From NCBI GenBank assembly GCA_965217115.1, contig OZ244239.1, positions 2,014,672-2,078,671 of the forward strand: a stretch of DNA of 64,000 bases, read 5' to 3'. This DNA comes from Bdellovibrionales bacterium. Its GTDB lineage: Bacteria; Bdellovibrionota; Bdellovibrionia; Bdellovibrionales; CAYMLA01. Shown in pieces: positions 57,452 through 64,000 of this stretch (within the stretch, counting starts at the first letter, position 1; each line of letters begins with the position of its first letter). Below the pieces are notes generated by a model that did no database searches, was not told the DNA's origin, and saw only the letters and a list, made by a program, of their open reading frames with translations. The translations under genes were made by a program, and so were the position numbers.

Positions 57452-57709
57452 GTTTGTACCGTTAAAAACATTGCTTTAAGTGGCTTAAAAGGGCATGAAA
57501 AGACTGTTGCTCCAAATGCAGTTGAATTGAAGGTAAATACCAATATAGGTATAAAACGCCCCATAGGCAGTGCTTAAGAACATAGGGGCTCCTTTTCTAA
57601 GGGGGAGTGGTAGAGGCCTTATTTAATGGTTTATGCTGCGACTGTTAAAGGAATGGGACTGACACTGTGCAAATTAAGGAATCTGGTCTAGCTGGTTATT
57701 TAGCAGGCC

Positions 57710-58171
57710 CTAATTATTTTCAGAGAAAAATGCATTCAACTGGACAACACTGGGTTTAATTTTTTTACAGCTTTTTGGAATCACTAAAATTGTATCGTCC
57801 CCAGCGACTGTGCCCATACAAAAGTTTTTACAATAGTGGTCAATAAACCCAGCGACAAACATTGCCGAACCTGGAGTTGTCTTAACAACAATTGTATTTT
57901 CGTTATTATTGGTGCTTAGGATTAAATTTCTTAGGGTATGACCTGCAAATTGAGGTGCAGGCCCTGTAGAAGAGAGGGTGTAAATGGTTTTTCCATGACT
58001 TTTTGTTTTAATGGCGCCAATTTTTGTTAGAGCTCTTGAAACTGTAGATTGTGTTACATCAAAACCTTTCTTTTTTAAATGTTTAACTATGTCAGCTTGA
58101 CCTCCTGTAAACCCAGAGCCAATAAGTCCTCTTAAAATTTCCATCATTTTTCTTTTTCTAAGTAAATCCAT
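57710..58171 (-). CDS. argR: Arginine repressor
   Basis: VTQSTVSR.L, VKTTPG.A, GTVAGDDTILV motifs. Confidence 0.96.
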   Translation of the reverse strand: MDLLRKRKMMEILRGLIGSGFTGGQADIVKHLKKKGFDVTQSTVSRALTKIGAIKTKSHGKTIYTLSSTGPAPQFAGHTLRNLILSTNNNENTIVVKTTPGSAMFVAGFIDHYCKNFCMGTVAGDDTILVIPKSCKKIKPSVVQLNAFFSENN

Positions 58172-58184
58172 TCAAACCTCGCAT

Positions 58185-58265
58185 ATTGCATATTTATGCA
58201 TAAAAATGAGTTAATATGCAATCATTTATTGCGTATATGAGTCAAATATTGCAAATTTATGCTCA
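58185..58265. promoter_or_regulatory. ARG boxes in the divergent argR/argG promoter
   Basis: ATTGCATATTTATGCATA (58185), AATGAGTTAATATGCAAT (58205), ATTGCAAATTTATGCTCA (58248). Confidence 0.8.
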
Positions 58266-58284
58266 AACCTGATTAGGGGGGGTT

Positions 58285-59478
58285 ATGAATAATACAACGA
58301 TACTTGCTTACTCTGGAGGACTAGATACATCGGCGATCATTCCTTGGCTTATTGAAAATTACGAAACGAAAGTAATTGCTTATTGTTGTGATCTAGGGAA
58401 TCAGCCTGAAGTAGAGGCTATTAAAACAAATGCTTACAAATACGGAGCTTCAGACTTTATCTTTGAAGATCTAAAAGAAGAGTTTGTAAAAAATTATGCC
58501 TTTAAAGTTTTAAGGGCTGGGGCTACCTACCAAAGCGAGTATCTTTTAGGGACCGCTATAGCCAGGCCTTTAATTGCAGAGAGAATAGCTAAATATGCTC
58601 AGCAGCATAACGCTTCTTATATAGCTCATGGAGCTACGGGGAAGGGAAATGATCATATTAGATTTGAAAAATCCTGGGCATATCTTTTGCCTGAAGTAAA
58701 AATCTTAGCACCTTGGAAAATTTGGGAATATAAAGGCCGAGCAGATCTAATTTCATACTTAAGAGACAGAGGCTTTATGTATGAAACTAAAGCCAGCTCC
58801 GATTATAGCATCGACTCAAACCTCCTGCATACATCTACAGAAGGTGGCACTCTCGAAGATATAGAGCAGTCTTACGATATAGAAGAGATACTGAACCTAG
58901 AGATTAATCAAGGTTCAGCGACGAATATTAAATTGAAATTTGAAAAAGGAATCCTAACAAAAATTAACAATGAAGATCAGAGTGCTGCACAAGCCTTGGA
59001 GTTATTAAACAAGATTGGAGAGACACATGGCATAGGCATCGTTGATCTGGTTGAAGAGAGGTTTAATGGAATTAAAAGTAGAGGGATCTACAAAACACCT
59101 GGCGGAAGCATCCTGCTTTTTGCTTTAAATCAATTAAAACAAATTTGTTGGAATAGAAAGTTATTTAGGATTGCGCAACAGTTGTCAGATCAATATGGAG
59201 ATCTAATTTATGATGGAGATTGGCACACTGAAGGTTGCCAAGCTATTGAAAGTTTTTTTGATAGAGCCTCTAATAACCTCACTGGCACGATTAGCTTAAA
59301 TCTTCATCAAGGAAAAATATTTTTGGGCAGCAGGCAAAGTCCATTTAGTTTATACGATCAAGGTGACGTTAGTTTTGAAGAAGATAAGAATGGCTTCTAT
59401 GAAGCCTCTAGTGGTTATGCCAAATTTGCAACTTATCCTAATCTAATGGAAGGCAAAATTCACAGAGGTGAAAGGTGA
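58285..59478 (+). CDS. argG: Argininosuccinate synthase
   Basis: LAYSGGLDTS, YLLGTAIARP, HGATGKGND, YS.D.NL.H...EG, KSRG.Y.TPG. Confidence 0.97.
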   Translation: MNNTTILAYSGGLDTSAIIPWLIENYETKVIAYCCDLGNQPEVEAIKTNAYKYGASDFIFEDLKEEFVKNYAFKVLRAGATYQSEYLLGTAIARPLIAERIAKYAQQHNASYIAHGATGKGNDHIRFEKSWAYLLPEVKILAPWKIWEYKGRADLISYLRDRGFMYETKASSDYSIDSNLLHTSTEGGTLEDIEQSYDIEEILNLEINQGSATNIKLKFEKGILTKINNEDQSAAQALELLNKIGETHGIGIVDLVEERFNGIKSRGIYKTPGGSILLFALNQLKQICWNRKLFRIAQQLSDQYGDLIYDGDWHTEGCQAIESFFDRASNNLTGTISLNLHQGKIFLGSRQSPFSLYDQGDVSFEEDKNGFYEASSGYAKFATYPNLMEGKIHRGER

Positions 59479-60779
59479 GGGTTTTAAATACAAATAGAAA
59501 CAACTCAACACAAGAGCTTTTATATAGTTTTACCAATGGTGTAGAAATAGATTCTTTACTCTTCAAGCAAGAAATCAATGTTCAAAAGAGTTGGGTTACG
59601 GCTTTAAAAGAAATTGATGTATTTAATCCTAGTGAAGAAGAGAAAATTCTTTCTGAGCTAGATTTCATCGCTAATTTGATGGAGAATGAAGAGTTTGAAT
59701 GGCGTATTGCTGATGAAGACATACACATGAACATCGAGCGACATTTAACTGAAAAGCTTGGCGACTTAGGAAAAAAAATTCACCTCGGTAGGTCAAGAAA
59801 TGATTTAATTGCAACAACCTTGAGGATTTATACTAAAGATTCTTTAAGTGATATTTCAAAAATAATGACTACGCTTAGAGAGGTGATAAGTGAGAAAGCT
59901 AATGAGTGGAAAAAAACTGTAGTTCCTGGCTTAACTCATGTTCAAGCCGGAATGCCCGTAAGGTTAAAATTAATTTTCGACGCTCACGCAGAGGCAATAG
60001 GAAGAGATCTTGTCAGGATATCTAATGCCCAAAACTCTTGCATGGACTGCTGTCCTCTCGGGTCAGCAGCTCTTGCAGGAACGCATTTAAAATTAGATTT
60101 AAAAAAATTATCAGAAAATTTAGGATTTAAGAACTCTGTGCAAAATACCTATGATGCTGTAGGAGATAGGGATTTTATTTTAGAAACCTTAAACTGTTTT
60201 TCTACTATTGGTGTGCATTTATCTAGAATATGTGAAGAATTGATTTATAACTCGTCTTCTTATGTAGGTTTATTAAGTTTGCCTGCAAACCTATCTACTG
60301 GAAGCTCAATCATGCCTAATAAAAGAAATCCTGATGTTCTTGAATTGATTCGAGCTAAGATGTCCAAAGTAATTTCTAGCTCTTCAGAAGGAGCAAATCT
60401 TGTTAAGGCTGTTTTACCCAGTTATGGAAGTGATCTGCATGAGTTGAAAGAAGTTTTGCTAAGGTCTCAAGAGTCTCTTATAAGGTCTCTTGAGATACTC
60501 ATCCCTTTCATTAAAGGTATTTCTTTGAATAAGGGTAAAGCAGAAGCTCTCTGCAAAACAGGTCATATTTTAGCGACTGATATTACAAATTTTTATTGCA
60601 CTTCTGGGATGAACTTTAGAAGTGCGTATGTGGCCGTTGCTGAATTGGTACAACGAGCAGATGCTCAAGGTAAGCAAGTACACCAGGTTTTAAATGATGA
60701 AGAAAAACTAGAATTCTGGATATACTTAGAGGGCACAAGAGGCTTAAACAAACTGTCATTTACAAATAACAACGTCTAG
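59475..60779 (+). CDS. argH: Argininosuccinate lyase
   Basis: EDIHMNIE, H.GRSRND, G.TH.Q, PLGSAALAG, STGSSIMPNKRNPD. Confidence 0.95.
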   Translation: MRVLNTNRNNSTQELLYSFTNGVEIDSLLFKQEINVQKSWVTALKEIDVFNPSEEEKILSELDFIANLMENEEFEWRIADEDIHMNIERHLTEKLGDLGKKIHLGRSRNDLIATTLRIYTKDSLSDISKIMTTLREVISEKANEWKKTVVPGLTHVQAGMPVRLKLIFDAHAEAIGRDLVRISNAQNSCMDCCPLGSAALAGTHLKLDLKKLSENLGFKNSVQNTYDAVGDRDFILETLNCFSTIGVHLSRICEELIYNSSSYVGLLSLPANLSTGSSIMPNKRNPDVLELIRAKMSKVISSSSEGANLVKAVLPSYGSDLHELKEVLLRSQESLIRSLEILIPFIKGISLNKGKAEALCKTGHILATDITNFYCTSGMNFRSAYVAVAELVQRADAQGKQVHQVLNDEEKLEFWIYLEGTRGLNKLSFTNNNV

Positions 60780-60869
60780 TCCAGTAACATAGTCTGGTAT
60801 AGATATTGGCTCTCTTGGCTTATTATGTCTGAAATAGAAGGCTTAAAAATCCAAGGTTCTAAATCAAAA

Positions 60870-60975
60870 GTGGCTCAGTGACCTCTCCCCAAATAACTGA
60901 GCCACATAAAACTTGAGAAGCGGCATGACAAGCGGTTCTGTCCGTTCTAGGGAGGATCTATGAAAAAGAAAGAAG
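60870..60975 (+). mobile_element. Possible IS3-family left-end remnant
   Basis: TGACCTCTCCCCAAATAACTGAGCCAC resembles IS3-type terminal repeats; followed by GGAGG-ATG-AAAAAG that breaks off; GTGGCTCAGT/ACTGAGCCAC dyad. Confidence 0.3.
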
Positions 60976-61107
60976 TTGTATTTTTTTTAGTTTGGCGTAA
61001 GTATTTATTTAAATAGGTAAATTGTGAGCAAAGCTTATGATAAAACCATTACAAATATGAGCACTAAGGCGAGGATAAAAGATTATCAGAACAAGTGTGG
61101 TTGTAAT

Positions 61108-62445
61108 ATGATGTTTAAATTTATCATTCTTAGCTTCTTTTTTCAGACTTCATTGTTTGCTCAGCCAAAAGAGGCTTCATTGTTTACTCGGGGACAAGAC
61201 CATTCTTTTGAGAGGTTCTTTGATGTCAGCCAAAGTAAATGTGGAGGCGCAAAAAGTAGTATTGACTTGAGGCAAAAGGGTAATTCAATGTATGGAATTC
61301 CCGTATTAGATCAAAATGGGATAGCATGCTGCTATGCCTATTCCGCAGCTGTGATGGTCTCTGCGTGGTTAAACTCCAAGCTTCCTGTAGGGGTAAATAA
61401 AATTGATCGTGCAAAAAAAACTCTATCTCCATTTATAGCATGTGAAACCACCACAGTTTATGGGGTCAAAGAAGATGACAAAGAAGAATGTAATAATGCT
61501 CATATCTGTCATGTTGCAAATTCTCTAAAAAAAATGGGCGGCTGTTATGCCAATACAGTTTTGTTTAAGAAAAATGGCTTAAAAAACTGGATAGATCGAC
61601 CAACCGAAGCTCAGTCATGTGACAGATGTGTTAGATGGGAGTCAGGAGGAGAATTAGAAGTAATTAATAACCGGATTAAGCAGTTTCAAATGCTAGGAAA
61701 TCAGGTCAGTACTAACCTGTCCTATAGTGAGAAAGAAAAGGCCAGGTTGCTAATGGCAGAAACGGATAAGATTGATTCTTTGATTTACTCTGCTCACGGT
61801 AGTTTGGCCAGAGATACAAAGAAGATGTCTATTTCATCGGCTCTAACTATGCCCTCTACTTTTCCTGTTTTGGCTCCTTTGTGCATAAAAAAGGAAAAAG
61901 ATGGGAAAATAATATATTACGGTAATCGTCAAATTTTACCAAGCGAATCTTTTAAGTGTGATTATAAAATTTCAAAAGATGCTATTGAGAATGGGTACTG
62001 TGGCATTAAAGGGAAAGGTTCTTCTCAGAAAGACTTTTTAGATTTTATCAATGATGAGTTTGACAATAATTCCAATCCTCAGCCAATAGGTATCGATTAT
62101 TGTTGGGCTTTTTTATTAGAAGGCTTCAAAGGTATTCTGAAGTCTAGGAGATTAAGTGATGGATTTTGCTTATTGAATGGAAAGGATAAGCCAGATCATA
62201 AATCATTAATTATTGGAAGGCGCTGGAGTAAGCAAAAAAATCGTTGTGAATATTTACTGAGAAATTCTTGGGGGAATGACTGTGGGTCTTATTTTTATGA
62301 TAAGAATTTGTCAATCAGTCATGATGATAACATGTTTTATAGTTCTTGTATTAAAGAGTTAAAGAGAACTGGTTATGCAGATGTTTGGATTCCTGCAGCG
62401 GCCTTATTACTAAATACAGATGGAGTTTCAAAATTAAGAAAATAA
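61108..62445 (+). CDS. Secreted papain-like (C1A) cysteine peptidase
   Basis: SIDLR, DQNGIACCYAYS (Gln/Cys), DH.SLIIGRR (His), LRNSWG (Asn); signal peptide from ATG 61108. Confidence 0.88.
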   Translation: MMFKFIILSFFFQTSLFAQPKEASLFTRGQDHSFERFFDVSQSKCGGAKSSIDLRQKGNSMYGIPVLDQNGIACCYAYSAAVMVSAWLNSKLPVGVNKIDRAKKTLSPFIACETTTVYGVKEDDKEECNNAHICHVANSLKKMGGCYANTVLFKKNGLKNWIDRPTEAQSCDRCVRWESGGELEVINNRIKQFQMLGNQVSTNLSYSEKEKARLLMAETDKIDSLIYSAHGSLARDTKKMSISSALTMPSTFPVLAPLCIKKEKDGKIIYYGNRQILPSESFKCDYKISKDAIENGYCGIKGKGSSQKDFLDFINDEFDNNSNPQPIGIDYCWAFLLEGFKGILKSRRLSDGFCLLNGKDKPDHKSLIIGRRWSKQKNRCEYLLRNSWGNDCGSYFYDKNLSISHDDNMFYSSCIKELKRTGYADVWIPAAALLLNTDGVSKLRK

Positions 62446-62813
62446 GTTGTGTTTTTTTATTGCTAACGTACTCTTTTTCTCTTGTTGCAGCTGGTGAAAG
62501 AAAGGTTTATCTTTATTCAGGGAAAAAAAAGCTTACATTTATTTTTAATGAAAAGAAATCTTTATTCCTTTCTCAAAAGTGTTTTGTTGGGAAAAAGAAT
62601 AGCTGCCAAGCATTGTCTGTTTTAAATAGGAAAATATCTCTAAGAAGTCTTTATTTAAAAGGAGGACAGAATCCAGGTGTTGCTCTATGTAAGAAAATAA
62701 AAGGAAGCGTTATTTATCTAAAAGATCAAAACAGGAATGAAATAACGTTTTGTGTTTTTAAGGATAAATCAATGGTTAGCTCAGGGACGCTGACTCATTA
62801 TCTTTTGAAGTAG
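62385..62813 (+). CDS. Small secreted DUF333-like protein (start uncertain)
   Basis: Signal-like stretch then NPGVALC..IKG...FCVF.D motif; overlaps the peptidase end. Confidence 0.65.
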   Translation: MDSCSGLITKYRWSFKIKKISCVFLLLTYSFSLVAAGERKVYLYSGKKKLTFIFNEKKSLFLSQKCFVGKKNSCQALSVLNRKISLRSLYLKGGQNPGVALCKKIKGSVIYLKDQNRNEITFCVFKDKSMVSSGTLTHYLLK

Positions 62814-63093
62814 TTTTTATCTCGGAATTAATATGTCTAATTAATAAGGTGCATCCCAAATCTCTAGGTTTAAATAACTAACTAGTTTATCAAAGTTAGG
62901 GAAAGATGAAGACATCGTTTAATTAGCAGTGTTTTTTTGTTCAAAAATCTGTGTTGAGTGAGAGTTTATTGACAATATTCGTTAAGAACTTTAAAGATTT
63001 GTAGGTGTCTAGCAATTGCTAGACATATAGCAAAAAGGGTCACAGTAGATGGTTTTTTTAATAAAGAGCTAAGGGTTATTTAGGTATTAGAAA

Positions 63094-63660
63094 ATGGCAA
63101 AAATAGAACCAAAAACGGTGAAACTAAAAGATGGGTCATCTGTTATTTTACGTTCTCCTAAGAAAGAGGATGTTTGTGAGCTTATTAATTGCTTTAAAGA
63201 TATTTTTGAGAACAGCCTTTATATTGTAACTGAACATGATGAATTTAGGGCTGATCCTAAGAGGCAAGAACAATGGATTTCTAGCTTTGATGAAAAAGCA
63301 GGTTCAATCTGTATTATTGCTGAACACAATGGTATTTTAGTAGGCAACCTAGATTTTAGAAGCAATGAAAATAGAAAACGCATTGCCCATCGAGGTTCAT
63401 TTGGTATGGGAGTAAGAAAGGGTTGGCAGAGTAAAGGGCTTGGAAGGCTTCTTCTTGAGGAGCTTATTGCCTGGACCAAGCAAGAAACGAATGCCATTGA
63501 AAAAATTGAGTTGACTGTATTAGAAAAAAATAAACCAGCTTATCGGCTCTATGAATCTTTGGGTTTCCAAGAAGAAGGACGGGTTTTCAAGGAAGTTAAA
63601 CTTCCTTCTCGGGAATATATTGATGGTGTCCATATGGGGCTGTTTGTAGGTGAAGGATAG
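63094..63660 (+). CDS. GNAT N-acetyltransferase
   Basis: LKDGS.VILR, FGMGV...WQ.KGLGR.LL, L.V...N..A.RLY..LGF..EG. Confidence 0.93.
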   Translation: MAKIEPKTVKLKDGSSVILRSPKKEDVCELINCFKDIFENSLYIVTEHDEFRADPKRQEQWISSFDEKAGSICIIAEHNGILVGNLDFRSNENRKRIAHRGSFGMGVRKGWQSKGLGRLLLEELIAWTKQETNAIEKIELTVLEKNKPAYRLYESLGFQEEGRVFKEVKLPSREYIDGVHMGLFVGEG

Positions 63661-64000
63661 TAGAGCGTAGAGAATTTAATTGTCTTGTTTACCTAGTGGT
63701 ACTCAACCAAACTTGGCTTTCCACAACCGAAATCTTTAGTGAGATGCTCTGTTTGTCGTTTCTTTTCTCTTTTATTTAACGTAATGTTTAGAGTAATTTT
63801 CTCTTATTACTCACACTAAGAATAACCTTGGTCTGTAACGGCTTAGATTTATTGGGGGCAATCTCGTAAAAAAAACCCTGCTCTGACTTACTTATTTTTC
63901 TAATACGAATCACATCAGTGTGCTTAAACTTAACCTGCTTTTTTGACTGTAAAACAATAAGGTTCTCAGTAGTTACATTAATAGAACTTTCTACTTTATC

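Noticed and set aside
38600-57500. Integron cassette array
   Set aside because: No intI, no consistent RYYYAAC...GTTRRRY attC sites, and genes lie on both strands
61019-61029. lac operator half-site AATTGTGAGC suggesting vector contamination
   Set aside because: Part of a native repeated motif, not followed by GGATAACAATT, and no other vector sequence

Overview
AT-rich bacterial chromosome segment. Gene content and order suggest a Bdellovibrionota-type, likely predatory, organism (inference). The first ~25 kb is a conserved core: the 3' part of bamA, skp, fabZ, lpxA, a gnnA-like oxidoreductase, lpxB, lpxK, lpxL, DUF3108, a major outer-membrane porin-like protein, a GT9 heptosyltransferase, a CHASE2 kinase/sigma54 regulator pair, ribF, pilB-pilC-pilS-pilR (no pilT between pilB and pilC) and comF. 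It is interrupted at 10.96-13.47 kb by two clusters of a ~172-bp long-hairpin repeat with compensatory base changes, bracketing an orphan secreted-protein gene. From ~25 kb on the window is largely accessory: three tRNAs (Asn-GTT, Ser-GCT, Arg-ACG), gmhA, MerR and AraC regulators, a Na+/solute symporter, an FRG-TPR protein, two copies of a mobile mystery protein A/B module with both B genes broken, many orphan secreted or lipoprotein genes, several peptidases, and argR/argGH. The most striking patterns are (1) the structured hairpin repeat array, (2) unrelated secreted genes reusing the same promoter/leader modules and flanked by duplicated 3' gene ends, which suggests modular cassette shuffling with no integrase in the window, and (3) a MerR-Mur-ligase-like fusion with a TipA-style internal start. 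All family assignments come from motif recognition by eye; no database searches were run.
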